From assembly GCA_965208325.1 (NCBI GenBank), contig OZ242326.1, positions 3,264,001 through 3,328,000 of the forward strand: a stretch of DNA of 64,000 bases, in the 5' to 3' direction. Each line of letters begins with the position of its first letter. Within the stretch, counting starts at the first letter, position 1. This DNA is from Candidatus Poribacteria bacterium (GTDB taxonomy: Bacteria > Poribacteria > WGA-4E > PCPOR2b). Below the pieces are notes generated by a model. That model searched no databases and had not been told where the DNA came from. It saw only the letters and a list, made by a program, of their open reading frames with translations. This document shows, in pieces, positions 1-10,680 of this stretch. A program made the translations under genes and the position numbers.

Positions 1-1
1 C

Positions 2-778
2 GGCCATAGCCACACCGAGATGAAATCACAGCAGGCAAGCACGACGCAAGAGAAGTGGGTTTGCCCGATGCATCCCGAAGTTCAAGCGGATGAAATGATA
101 GAATGCGACATCTGCGGTATGGACTTAATTGAAAAACAAGTGCCGGTGGAGGCGCATGCCCATGCCGGCCATAGCCACTCCGAGATGGAATCACCGCACG
201 AAAGCGCGGCGCAAGAGAAGTGGGTTTGCCCGATGCATCCCGAAGTTCAAGCGGATGAAATGATAGAATGCGACATCTGCGGTATGGATTTGGTTAAGAG
301 CACGGTTCCAGCAAAATCAACTGCCCATGTAGGCATGGCTTCTGTGCAACAGGAACCTCCGCTGGTGTTCAAGTACGCTTGTCCCGACCACCCCGACCAG
401 TATGCGACACTGCCGGACAGATGTTCTATAGACGGCAAACCCCTGGTGATGACTGGAGAGGTCTTAGCGGTGCCTAAGAGCGCCGTAATTGACACCGGGT
501 TACGGAAGATTGTCTTCATTGACCGGGGTGAATCTGGCTACGAGCTGCTTGAAGTCGAGTTGGGGCCAGAAGCATGGGCGGAGGTTGAACACAACGGCCT
601 GGCGACCAAGCGGCGATTTTATCCCATTATTAAAGGGTTGAATCCCGGGGATATAGTGGTTACGAATGGGAACTACCTCCTCGACTCACAAACGCAATTA
701 ACCGGGTCAGCGGCGGGTGCGTATGGCGGTGCGATCGGCGGCGACGAAGGATCCAGCGCACCGTCGCATCGGCATTGA
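2..778 (+). CDS. cusB: CusB-like RND efflux periplasmic adaptor with heavy-metal-binding (CPMHP..C..CGM.L) repeats; 5'-partial
   Basis: Frame is open from the window edge. Two WVCPMHP...CDICGMDL repeats, a CPDHP variant, His-rich linkers and a C-terminal 'VLAVPKSAVIDTG..GDIVVTNGNYLLDS' adaptor motif; directly upstream of CusA. Confidence 0.85.
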   Translation, partial: GHSHTEMKSQQASTTQEKWVCPMHPEVQADEMIECDICGMDLIEKQVPVEAHAHAGHSHSEMESPHESAAQEKWVCPMHPEVQADEMIECDICGMDLVKSTVPAKSTAHVGMASVQQEPPLVFKYACPDHPDQYATLPDRCSIDGKPLVMTGEVLAVPKSAVIDTGLRKIVFIDRGESGYELLEVELGPEAWAEVEHNGLATKRRFYPIIKGLNPGDIVVTNGNYLLDSQTQLTGSAAGAYGGAIGGDEGSSAPSHRH

Positions 779-804
779 TGCCAATCAGTCTTCAGGAAAG
801 CGCT

Positions 805-3800
805 ATGGTAAACCGAATTATCGAAATCTGCATGGGGAACCGTCTACTCGTCCTTGTTACATTTGTGTTTTTGACAGCCGCGGGCTGGTGGGCGCTGAAT
901 CGTACTCCGATTGACGCTATTCCCGACATCGGCGAAAATCAGGTTATCGTGTTCGCCGATTGGTCCGGGAGGAGTCCGAGAGACATTGAAGATCAGGTAA
1001 TCTACCCGCTAAGTATTGCCATGCTTGGCATCCCCGATGTCAAAGATGTCCGGTCCACCTCGATGTTCAGTTTCGGATACATCAACATCATTTTCAAGGA
1101 CAATGTGGACTTCTATTGGGCGAGAACCCGAGTGCTCGAACGGATGAATCTCGCACAGAAGGACATGCCCCAAGGGGTGGTGCCGGTGTTGGGACCTGAT
1201 GCTACCGGCATCAGCCAGGTATTTTGGTACACCGTCGAAAACGGCTATTACTGTCCTGACCATCCGACAGAACGGTACGAGCAACCCGGAAAGTGCCCTG
1301 AAGATGGAGAGCCGCTGGTTGCTTCAAGGCTTGACCTACATGAACTCCGCACTTTGCAAGACTGGACGATTCGATACTATCTTGCTTCAGCCGACGGGGT
1401 ATCGGAGGTCGCATCAGTCGGCGGTTACGTGAAACAGTATCAAGTCGATGTCGATCCTAACCTGCTTTTGGCGTACAAAGTGCCGCTTTCAATGGTCTAT
1501 AATGCGATTCGGGACAGCAATGTCGATGTGGGTGCGAAGGTGGTTGAGGAAGGCGGGATGGAGTTCCTTATTCGGGGTTTGGGGTTCATAAAAAGCATTG
1601 AGGACATAGAGGACATCGTAGTCAAGGCGCACGAAGGTGTACCGGTGTACGTCAAGAACCTAGGCACAGTGACGGAGGGGCCAGACTTCCGGCGCGGGGC
1701 GTTGGACAAAGCGGGCGTGCCTGCGACCGGCGGCGTGGTGTTGATGCGATACGGCGACAATCCGTTGCGGGTAATCGAGAATGTGAAAGCGAAGATTGCT
1801 GAAATTGAACCGGGCCTTCCCGCCGGGGTTCGTATAGTACCCTTCTACGACCGGAGCCATCTGATTCACCGCGCGGCGGAAACACTAAAAGACACGCTAA
1901 TCGAGGAGATCGTTGTTGCGGCAGTCGTCATTATCTTCTTCTTGGGTCATGTGACCAACAGCCTGATTATCGCACTGGTATTGCCGTTGGGAGTGCTGCT
2001 CTCGTTCTTGGGCATGAAACTCGTCGGCTTGCCGTCGAATATCATGTCCATGGGCGGGATGGCGATTGCGATCGGTGTTATGGTGGATGCCGGAATCGTC
2101 ATGACGGAAAACATCACCCGCCTACTGCGGGAACCGCATGAAGGCGAGAGCAAACTGCAGGTCGCAACGCGTGCAGCAAAGGAGGTCGGACCGGCGATAT
2201 TTTACGCGATGCTGATTATTATCGTGGCGTTTATCCCGGTGTTTTCGTTGATGGGGCAGGCGGGCAAGCTGTTCAAACCGTTGGCGTTCACCAAAACTTT
2301 CGCGATGCTCGGCGCGGCGATTGTCGCGATTAGCCTCGTTCCGGTTTTGGCATCCATTCTACTTTCTGATCCAACGCGCCGCCCCAACATTTTCGGCCGC
2401 ATTATTGCAATCATCAGTTTCCCTTTGAGAAAATTCGCCGACGGCATCACTTGGATCCTAAAAGCCGTCTACGGTCCAATTATTCGATTTGCTGTCAAAA
2501 ACATATTCACCAAGCTGGTTGTAGTTGCTTTGGCCGCGGCAATTTTAATTGCGAGTATTCCGCTCACACCCTTCTACAAAAATATCGGGCAGGAGTTCAT
2601 GCCTCCGCTCAACGAAGGAGATTTGCTGTTCATGCCGGTGCTGCTGCCCGGCGCGTCGATTACGCAAGCCAAAGATGTGATGTCGAAGCAAGACATGATT
2701 ATGAACCGTTTCCCCGAGGTTTCGATGGTAGTGGGCAAACTCGGGCGAGCGACAACTGCAACTGATCCAGCTCCAATCGGGATGTTTGAAACCATCGTCA
2801 ACATCGTTGACCCTTCTACGTGGCCGCGGCGTGCCGTCAAATCGGGCGCTGCGGCGGACATGGTTTCCAGCGTTGCCAAACGACTTTTGAGCGCCGATAT
2901 CCTGAACAAGGAACATGCAGGACATATAACTACAGATGTTACGGCGCGTATCGCCGATGATGCGGCGGCACGGATTGATGAAATGGCGACGGAGTATCAC
3001 AATCCCTTTATCACTGTTGAGCAACGTGAACAGCTGTACCGAGTTTGGTTGTTGCGGGTGGTTATGGAAAAACTTCTGGCGGAGATGGGCGAATCAAGTC
3101 AACTAGGGGACAGCGAATCAGAGAGCCGACTTCACGCACTCGCCTCCGAGATTGAACCGACGCTTGAGCACAAAATCTACTTTCGCACAAAGACCCGCGC
3201 AGAGCTGATTAACGATCTCACCGAATCGTGCCGTATGCCCGGCGTTTCTCCAATTATGACCCAGCCGATTCGTAACCGCATCGACATGTTGGCGACAGGA
3301 ATTCAGACACCGATTGGTATCAAGGTGTTCGGAACTGATTTGGCAAAAATCGAGGAAATTGCGGTTCGCATTGAGCAGGAATTGCTCAAACTCCCGGGCG
3401 CGGTGGGACCGTATGCCGAGCGGATTGGAAATAAACCGTACCTCGAATTTCATATCGATCGGAAAGAGGCGGCGCGCTACGGGATTAAGATTGGGGCGGT
3501 GCAAAAGATTATTATGACCGCGATTGGCGGCATGAACATCACAACGACAGTCGAAGGGCGGGAGCGTTTTCCCGTTCGCATTCGCTATAAACGGGAATTG
3601 CGCGACAACGTTGAAGCGTTAAAGCGGGTGTTAGTCCCAACGCCCAAGGGCATACAGATTCCGCTAGGGCAATTGGTCAGAATTGAGCGCCGACCGGGTC
3701 CAGCGAAAATCTCATCCGAAAACACCTTGTTGTTTTCGCGGGTGTTCTGCGATGTGGATGCAGATGTCATCGGGCTAGTCAACTTCGTAGAGGCGGCGCA

Positions 3801-4575
3801 GAAGACACTCGACGAGAAAATCAAGCCGACGCTGCCGCAGGGCTATTTCTATTCATTCAGCGGCCAGTATGAAGCGGAATTGGAAGCGCGTTCCCGATTA
3901 CTGGTTGTTGTTCCGGTTTGCATCGCGGTGATTTTCATGCTGCTTTATATTAAGTTCCGTTCGCCATCCGCGATGCTAGCGATATTCCTAGCGCTGCCGT
4001 TCGCGTTTATCGGGGGAATGTGGATGCAGTGGTTGATGCAATATGTGCCCCCCGCGCTCGGCGGCGGATATGCGATTAAATACAGCACCGCCGTGTGGGT
4101 TGGGTATATAGCGCTTTTTGGTGTTGCGGTTGAGGACGGGATTGTATTGATGGAATACCTGCTTGAACGGGTACGAAGAGGCGAACCGGTTAAGGAAGCC
4201 GCCGTCAACGCGGGTTTGTTACGTGTGCGTCCCATCATCATGACGACCGCTACGACAGTGCTAGCGCTCGCTCCGATTATGCTGTATGAAATCAGCACCA
4301 ACACCGGGGCGGAGCTAATGAAACCAATTGCGGTGCCGACCTTCGGCGGAATGATCACTGCGACGGTTGCCAACTTGATTTTAGCGCCCGTGCTGTTTTC
4401 GCTGTTTTATTGGGTAGAAAACCTGGGTGCTCGGCATCGGGGTTCGGAAGGCGGGGAAACCTTGGAATCAGAAGAGTCGCCCGTACCATTGGCGGAAGAT
4501 GAGACTACTGGGGAAGAAATTCCGGCTAGCGACGACGAAACCACGGAGAACGGGGATTCGGAAGTACCGAAGTAA
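805..4575 (+). CDS. cusA: CusA/CzcA family heavy-metal efflux RND permease
   Basis: Motifs 'PIDAIPDIGENQVIV', 'GVMVDAGIVMTEN', 'EFMPPLNEGD', 'RVRPIIMT'. ATG at 805 chosen (ORF track starts at 775). Confidence 0.93.
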   Translation: MVNRIIEICMGNRLLVLVTFVFLTAAGWWALNRTPIDAIPDIGENQVIVFADWSGRSPRDIEDQVIYPLSIAMLGIPDVKDVRSTSMFSFGYINIIFKDNVDFYWARTRVLERMNLAQKDMPQGVVPVLGPDATGISQVFWYTVENGYYCPDHPTERYEQPGKCPEDGEPLVASRLDLHELRTLQDWTIRYYLASADGVSEVASVGGYVKQYQVDVDPNLLLAYKVPLSMVYNAIRDSNVDVGAKVVEEGGMEFLIRGLGFIKSIEDIEDIVVKAHEGVPVYVKNLGTVTEGPDFRRGALDKAGVPATGGVVLMRYGDNPLRVIENVKAKIAEIEPGLPAGVRIVPFYDRSHLIHRAAETLKDTLIEEIVVAAVVIIFFLGHVTNSLIIALVLPLGVLLSFLGMKLVGLPSNIMSMGGMAIAIGVMVDAGIVMTENITRLLREPHEGESKLQVATRAAKEVGPAIFYAMLIIIVAFIPVFSLMGQAGKLFKPLAFTKTFAMLGAAIVAISLVPVLASILLSDPTRRPNIFGRIIAIISFPLRKFADGITWILKAVYGPIIRFAVKNIFTKLVVVALAAAILIASIPLTPFYKNIGQEFMPPLNEGDLLFMPVLLPGASITQAKDVMSKQDMIMNRFPEVSMVVGKLGRATTATDPAPIGMFETIVNIVDPSTWPRRAVKSGAAADMVSSVAKRLLSADILNKEHAGHITTDVTARIADDAAARIDEMATEYHNPFITVEQREQLYRVWLLRVVMEKLLAEMGESSQLGDSESESRLHALASEIEPTLEHKIYFRTKTRAELINDLTESCRMPGVSPIMTQPIRNRIDMLATGIQTPIGIKVFGTDLAKIEEIAVRIEQELLKLPGAVGPYAERIGNKPYLEFHIDRKEAARYGIKIGAVQKIIMTAIGGMNITTTVEGRERFPVRIRYKRELRDNVEALKRVLVPTPKGIQIPLGQLVRIERRPGPAKISSENTLLFSRVFCDVDADVIGLVNFVEAAQKTLDEKIKPTLPQGYFYSFSGQYEAELEARSRLLVVVPVCIAVIFMLLYIKFRSPSAMLAIFLALPFAFIGGMWMQWLMQYVPPALGGGYAIKYSTAVWVGYIALFGVAVEDGIVLMEYLLERVRRGEPVKEAAVNAGLLRVRPIIMTTATTVLALAPIMLYEISTNTGAELMKPIAVPTFGGMITATVANLILAPVLFSLFYWVENLGARHRGSEGGETLESEESPVPLAEDETTGEEIPASDDETTENGDSEVPK

Positions 4576-4629
4576 TAACACGGGTATCTCAACCTTCCAT
4601 TGACCTTTTCACGTTTATTGGAGGATGTT

Positions 4630-5247
4630 ATGAAATTAAAAAAGCTGTGCGGTCTTTGGTTTCTTACAGCGTTAATACTGATACCGACGGGGGCAATCGG
4701 TCTTGAACTGGAACGATATCAGCACGTCACTGATGGAGTGATACTAGGCATCGGGCGCGGAATCACGCTCTTTAACAAAGAACTGGAATCCAACCGAACG
4801 GAGGAAATTTCGCTGGGGACACAGTTAGTACCCGATGTCCTGCACCTCACAGTGCCCTTCAGCAATTACAATGTAGATACCCGCGGCGGTACTGGCGACG
4901 CCCTACCCATTGGTACAATCAACGTCAACACGGTTGGGTTTGCGTTAACTCTGGCGATACCGGGGAGATGGTCGCCGTTTGTTGGAATTGGCGGCAGTTT
5001 CTACTCGTTCGATGAGAAGTTTGAAACGCCCGCGAACATTCAGAACACGTTTGGAGCGGAAGGACATGCCGGCTTGCGAATCCGTCTAATCGAGAAGATT
5101 TTTGACGCGGCGCAACTCCACGGTGTGATTGGCTATCAATTTAGCCGATTGAAGCCAAGCATTAGTATACCGGATAAACCGGAGGTTGATGCTCTGTCGC
5201 TGAATCGCCATCATGTGGTATTTCGGTTGGAACTGACCGGTTTGTAG
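4630..5247 (+). CDS. Exported outer-membrane beta-barrel-like protein
   Basis: GGAGG RBS, signal-peptide-like N-terminus, 'SPFVGIGG' and amphipathic beta strands. Confidence 0.5.
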   Translation: MKLKKLCGLWFLTALILIPTGAIGLELERYQHVTDGVILGIGRGITLFNKELESNRTEEISLGTQLVPDVLHLTVPFSNYNVDTRGGTGDALPIGTINVNTVGFALTLAIPGRWSPFVGIGGSFYSFDEKFETPANIQNTFGAEGHAGLRIRLIEKIFDAAQLHGVIGYQFSRLKPSISIPDKPEVDALSLNRHHVVFRLELTGL

Positions 5248-5430
5248 CTCACCGACGCAGACCGCGCCGTTTAAAATCGTCATTTGAATTTATTTTACCT
5301 CCTCAAACTTTTCCTTGACTCAACTGTGTGAAATGCCTAATATAGGACTGGTGTTTATTCACACGCTGTACGATTGAATTTTCAAAGATTAGACAGATTT
5401 AAGTCAAGCGAGATTGAGGGGGTTTTTTTT

Positions 5431-7668
5431 ATGCCTCATTTTTGGATATTAATTCGCGTCCCACATGTTTTGCCTCAACAAGGCGCAATTCGATGTCTGC
5501 TGTTGTGGCTGCTGTTATGTCCGTTCATTGCGAGCGCACAACCGGACACGATGCAACCTCATACTTCAGCCTACCGAATATCCCAAGACATCAAGATTGA
5601 CGGGAATCTTGATGAGCCAGAATGGCAAAAAGCCCAGCCGATCAAGCGGTTCCTCCAAATACAACCGAACCAAGGGGAACCGATGACGCAGCCTTCGGAA
5701 GTGCGCATACTTTATGATGAGAAAAACCTCTACTTTGGTTTTACCTTTTACGACTCTGAGATTGAAAAACTGGTTGCCAATGAGATGCGCCGGGATTCTG
5801 ACGGTTTGCGATCCAACGACTACGGTTATCTGCTCTTGGACACATACAATGATCGGCGAAACGCCGTTTTCTTCCGTTTCAATCCGTTGGGCGGGATGGA
5901 AGATACGGCGGTGTCAAACAGCGGCGATAGTCTAAATGGGAGCTGGGATATGGTTTGGGAGTGCCGCAGCAAAATCAGTGCGGACCGGTGGGCATCGGAG
6001 ATTGCTATTCCGTTCAGCCAGCTTCGCTTTAAACGAAGCGACGTGATGACATGGGGAATGAACTTCGGGCGGGAAATTGCGCGGAACCAAGAGATTGGGG
6101 GGTGGAATCCTGCACCGAAGACGTATGGCCCGCTAGGTAAATACCGCACCGCCTACTTCGGCAGTCTCGTTGGTTTGGAGGGTATTTCCCCGTCGCGGCA
6201 TCTGGAAGTGCTGCCTTATGTGCTGTCGGGTGCAAGCCGCATCGCCGCTGAAGGTGAAACCGATGAGGTGTTTGAAGGCGGTTTGGACCTGAAGTATGGA
6301 ATAACACCAAATTTAACTGCCGATTTAACCTTTAACACTGATTTCGCCCAAGTCGAAGCTGACCAAGAACAGGTAAACCTTACCCGTTTCGACCTCTTTT
6401 TCCCTGAGCAGCGACCGTTTTTCTTGGAAGGTGCAAGCATCTTCGATGTGGGCGTTCCACGTACCGGTTTTCACCGCCCGCCGCCCTTACTGCTGTTTTA
6501 CAGCCGCCGCATCGGCCTTGCTGAAGAACGCGCCATCCCGATACTCACCGGGGGAAAAATGACCGGGAAAGTCGGCGCTTACAATATCGGGTTTTTGAAT
6601 GTGTTGACGGACAGGTTTACGGATGATGATTCTCGGGCGGATGTGGACCGCGTCGATGAACCGCGCACAAACTATTCGGTAATGCGCGTAACGCGGGACA
6701 TCTTCAGCGGTTCCTCCATCGGTGCGATCGCCGTCAATAAGCAGGATGCCGACGTGTACAACCGCACGGCGGGGCTTGACTTTTCGTATCGCCCGAAGCG
6801 GGATATGGATTTCCGCGGGCTATTGGCGCGCACATTTGAAGAAGGTGTCTCCGAGCAAGACAGTGCCGTCTACTTTGGCGGCGATTGGCGAACGAACCGG
6901 TTTAAACTCGACGGTTCGTATATCGACATCGGCGAGGATTTTAATCCGGGAGTTGGATTTGTTCATCGCAGCGGCATCCGCGGCTTTCGCGGCAACGCCC
7001 GCTATACGCCGTGGCCGCGGGCATACGGCATTCGACGCATTGAGATTGGACCGCAGTTTGACTTGGTTCTCAATCGAGAGAACACGTTGGAGACACGTGA
7101 GACAAAGTTCGACACTGAATTGCAGTTTGAATCGGGCGATTGGGCCGGTTTCCAAGTCCAGAACACGACAGAACATCTGCGTGAAGAATTCTCGATCCAG
7201 GAGGCAATCATCGCAGTTGGCGATTACGATTTTACGTCGTTTTTTGCATGGGTCGAGACCAGCAACAGCCGGAATATCTTCGGGACGTTCATCGTTCAAC
7301 TAGGTGAATACTATAGCGGCGACATACGCGGTGTTCGAATTGACGGGGCAATCAAGCCCAATGCCCGCCTGAGTATGGAGTCGCTGGTCGAGTTCAACCG
7401 CATCACGTTCCCTGATAAGGCGTTCAATGCCAACGTTTTCGGGGGGCGCGTGAGCTATTCCTTTTCGACGACGCTCTTTACGAAGTTGTTTGCCCAATGG
7501 AGCAGCGAAAAGGACGCAATCTCCACGAATTTTCTAGTAAACTTCATCTACCGCCCCGGCAGCGATTTCTACCTGGTTTTCAACCAGAATTACGATACGG
7601 GCGGCGGCGGGGCAAATCTCCTAGACTGGACACTCGTAGGGAAGATGACGTATTGGTGGAATCCGTAA
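5431..7668 (+). CDS. CBM9-like domain / DUF5916 outer-membrane protein
   Basis: 'IKIDGNLDEPEW', 'EIAIPFSQLRF', 'NTDFAQVEAD..VNLTRF.LFFPEQRPFFLEG', aromatic C-terminus (YWWNP). Confidence 0.8.
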   Translation: MPHFWILIRVPHVLPQQGAIRCLLLWLLLCPFIASAQPDTMQPHTSAYRISQDIKIDGNLDEPEWQKAQPIKRFLQIQPNQGEPMTQPSEVRILYDEKNLYFGFTFYDSEIEKLVANEMRRDSDGLRSNDYGYLLLDTYNDRRNAVFFRFNPLGGMEDTAVSNSGDSLNGSWDMVWECRSKISADRWASEIAIPFSQLRFKRSDVMTWGMNFGREIARNQEIGGWNPAPKTYGPLGKYRTAYFGSLVGLEGISPSRHLEVLPYVLSGASRIAAEGETDEVFEGGLDLKYGITPNLTADLTFNTDFAQVEADQEQVNLTRFDLFFPEQRPFFLEGASIFDVGVPRTGFHRPPPLLLFYSRRIGLAEERAIPILTGGKMTGKVGAYNIGFLNVLTDRFTDDDSRADVDRVDEPRTNYSVMRVTRDIFSGSSIGAIAVNKQDADVYNRTAGLDFSYRPKRDMDFRGLLARTFEEGVSEQDSAVYFGGDWRTNRFKLDGSYIDIGEDFNPGVGFVHRSGIRGFRGNARYTPWPRAYGIRRIEIGPQFDLVLNRENTLETRETKFDTELQFESGDWAGFQVQNTTEHLREEFSIQEAIIAVGDYDFTSFFAWVETSNSRNIFGTFIVQLGEYYSGDIRGVRIDGAIKPNARLSMESLVEFNRITFPDKAFNANVFGGRVSYSFSTTLFTKLFAQWSSEKDAISTNFLVNFIYRPGSDFYLVFNQNYDTGGGGANLLDWTLVGKMTYWWNP

Positions 7669-7974
7669 ACATGCGTTTCGGCGCGGCAAATTTCCTTCGT
7701 AGAACCGCTTCGAGTCGTCCGACACCCCATACAACTCTCGTCCGATTTGATAAGGTTTAGGCATTTTATACAATCCACAACGTTATGTTGCTGTGAACCG
7801 CTCCCAGATACGCCGTCCTCGATTCAATATACATGGTTGGGCTTTCCGCGTCTGCATTTTCCAGACCAATCTCTCACTCTACACGTTCACACACGCAATC
7901 GGAATATTTCTGGCTGAATAGTCAAATCAGATTTTGAGGCGTTTGGCTTTTTCCTTACAAAGCCCAAAACATTG

Positions 7975-9147
7975 ATGAAAACTTCCAACAACAGGATCGC
8001 CCTTAATTTTGACGACACCGCAGAAGTGTCAGTCAAAGGCTTTATTGCCCCGATTGAATATACCCAATACAACTTCCATGAAAGGTGGGACGCATTGGCG
8101 AATCTACGGGTTGCTGAGCCAGAAAAGCGATACTCTGCGTCAGATTTTCGTGCGTTTCTTCCTGACGAAGCGGTATCGGTTGGTGAGGTCTGGCAAATTG
8201 AAGAGGAGGGTGTGCTGACGTTGTTGCGGCAACTTCACCCCAATCCACATCTGGATATGCACATTGATGTGGGGGATTCCCGTGGGTTGTGGGCGTGTCT
8301 ACGCGCTTATAACCATCAACTTGCCCATGTTGTGTTCCGCATTCATGCAGAATTTGCGTTGACGGACGGTTGGTTCACACCCTCCCAATTCGCCGGACAT
8401 TTAGTTATCGATCGAATTGAAGACAAGATTGTATTTTTCCAGATGCGCTTACCTGATGGTGTAATGAACTTCGATGTTAACTGGCGAACGACAGAAGAAG
8501 GGTGGGAGCGGTCTATAGTAATTACCGATATCGGCTTCTGTCCACAAATGGAATTACGTGCCGGAATGGAAGCCGGCGTGCAAGACTTTAAATTCATTGA
8601 AGCCATTACGCAAGAAGAAGCCGCGCGCAATTTGATACTGTGTTTTTACAAATCCCAGCAAATTCATTGGGTATCGCTGGAAGAAGCGTTGAAAATCGCA
8701 CCGGTGCAACAGAAGCCGATTCATGCCATATCAATTGATGGGCCGCTGGCTGACGAGGCGTGTTGAGGGAGCGGTAAAGCCTTGAGGGCAGTTGCCCTCT
8801 CACATGACCGGGTCATCAAGTTTTTGAACGAAAATTTCATCAACACTTGGGCAACCAATGCCGAATTAGGGCGTACTTCTAGCCTGCGAGACCCTATTGC
8901 GAAGAGACGCAGGCGCGAATCCAACAGCTTTGACACAACGTCCCCTTTGGTGCAAGCAATCAATAGGGGATGGCAAGAAGGTTCGCCGGTGGATTGCTTG
9001 GTTATATCGCCCGACTTTGAACTGAAAGGGCAACTTCCGCTCAATGAATTCCTTCAGAACGCCCGGAGTAAGGGCATCCGGCAAGAGGAGAGTTACCTAA
9101 CGTTTCTCGTGCAATCGTTAGAAGGGAAACAGCCTGGATTGGAGTAG
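7975..9147 (+). CDS. Selenoprotein N (SELENON)-like protein; in-frame TGA 8764-8766 predicted as selenocysteine (~390 aa)
   Basis: ORFs 7972-8766 and 8782-9147 are in frame. The junction reads DGPLADEAC-TGA-GSGKALR; other SELENON-like motifs are FRIHAEF, DIGFCPQMEL and FLNENFINTW. A hairpin follows the TGA. Confidence 0.85.
8767..8803 (+). promoter_or_regulatory. Putative bacterial SECIS element
   Basis: GAGGGCA-GT-TGCCCTC hairpin at 8784-8799; apical G at 8791, 25 nt after the UGA. Confidence 0.65.
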
Positions 9148-9224
9148 TCGCCAATCCTATCAACGAGCGAACCGCGTAACCGAAATCACCGCAATCGACA
9201 GAAAACAAGCATCGGCTGGTTTTG

Positions 9225-9659
9225 CTACTTCGTGTTACTAGCGCGCAGCAGGTGGATTCCCATTGCACCGTTCAACACCGGTAGCAGCGCATCGAAGAAG
9301 GTCCACACCAGCGAACGGACATCTGCGCTGACCGCGGTAAAATCTTTTGCAGCCTTGCTGATGCCGAACCAGTTCCAGAAAAAGAGTATGGCAGCGAACA
9401 CGAACCCGTAGAAAAGCGCGTTGGCTGTGATGAACTCTTTAACCTTCGGATTCTCGCGGGTGCGGCGTATGCGTAGGTATCCGAATTCCAAGCCTACAAT
9501 AATAGAGATTGCGGAGAGCGGGTCAATTATTTTCCAGATGCGGCTGTACGGATGATCGCTTGAGGACGTGTGGTAGATTGGCTCAATAATAGTGTGGATG
9601 GCGACGATGGCTCCAATTAGAATTAGAACTACGCCAAAGAACCGTTTGAGTCCTTCCAT
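9225..9659 (-). CDS. Four-TM membrane hypothetical protein (paralog of 10042-10476)
   Basis: Four hydrophobic segments; high similarity to the neighbouring ORF. Confidence 0.75.
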   Translation of the reverse strand: MEGLKRFFGVVLILIGAIVAIHTIIEPIYHTSSSDHPYSRIWKIIDPLSAISIIVGLEFGYLRIRRTRENPKVKEFITANALFYGFVFAAILFFWNWFGISKAAKDFTAVSADVRSLVWTFFDALLPVLNGAMGIHLLRASNTK

Positions 9660-10041
9660 GTAGAATGTCTCCCTGTTAACGGTCGCTTCAGCGATCGTGG
9701 CTGAAGTTGGTGGGTAAGTTTTTTAGACTCAATCCTGAGGTTTACCCCGATTTTCGGCTTGCACGCTTCAATCCGTGGAGAGGCGGAGGGCACAGAGACA
9801 ATCTTCTCTGTGCCCTCACGTATTTGCGTCTTGGTTGGGAACGGGGATTCACATTCCCGACACGCGCTACCTTTTCTGACGCACAACTAATCAAGGCGGC
9901 GGTTCAGGTTAGGAAGTAGTGTGGATTATTGAAAGACTGTGCTGGTTTAGTTGTGCCATCCCAATACATACGGATTTTGCGTTCTGCAGCACAAACTCAT
10001 GGCAAGCACCGATTCTGATGACGAATCACATACAGTGTTGG

Positions 10042-10476
10042 CTATTCGCTGGCACTGGAGCGCAACAGATGGACGCCTATTGCACCACTCAACAGCGGGA
10101 ATAGGGCATCAAAGAAAATCCATACGATCGACCGGACATCGGCGCTGACCGCAGTGAATTCCTTCCCGACATCGCTGATGCCGAACCAGTTCCAGAAAAA
10201 GAGTATGGCTGCGAACACAAATCCGTAGAATAGCGTGTTCGCCGCGATGAACTCTGGACCGCTCGCATTTTCGCCGGCACGTCTCATCCGGCAACAGCCG
10301 AATATCAACCCCAGGATAATGGCAATCGCAGTGAGCGGGTTGATTATGCCCCAAGTTGAACTGTACGGGTTCGCTTCGGTGGATGTGTGGTAAAGCGGTT
10401 CGATAACCGTGTGGATGGCAACGATTGCCGCAATTAGGATGTGAACGACACCTACAATTTGCTTGAAGACCTTCAT
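10042..10476 (-). CDS. Four-TM membrane hypothetical protein (paralog of 9225-9659)
   Basis: Shared 'AIHT.IEP.YHTS', 'LFYGFVFAAILFFWNWFG', 'FTAVSADVRS.VW.FFDAL'; GGAGG RBS. Confidence 0.75.
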   Translation of the reverse strand: MKVFKQIVGVVHILIAAIVAIHTVIEPLYHTSTEANPYSSTWGIINPLTAIAIILGLIFGCCRMRRAGENASGPEFIAANTLFYGFVFAAILFFWNWFGISDVGKEFTAVSADVRSIVWIFFDALFPLLSGAIGVHLLRSSASE

Positions 10477-10607
10477 GACAATGTCCTCCAATTTGTTTGT
10501 CGGTTACAGTTAAATCCTGTCCCAAGAAACGAAACAAAGTATATCGTATCATACACCCGCAAAAAATCAACGAAAATGTTACGGAACAATTTGCTCGACT
10601 GTCATGG

Positions 10608-10680
10608 GAGTAATGGGTAGTGAGTAATGAGTAATGCGTAATGCGTAATGAGTAAAGAAAAATGCGAAATGCGAAATGAG
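10608..10680. repeat. Heptamer tandem repeat (GAGTAAT/GCGTAAT), decaying
   Basis: Visible tandem units; same family at 47819-47940 and 59436-59524. Confidence 0.8.

Noticed and set aside
6722..7303. Long alternative-frame and antisense ORFs within large genes (also e.g. 19835, 27619, 59827)
   Set aside because: They overlap well-supported genes and show no recognisable motifs.
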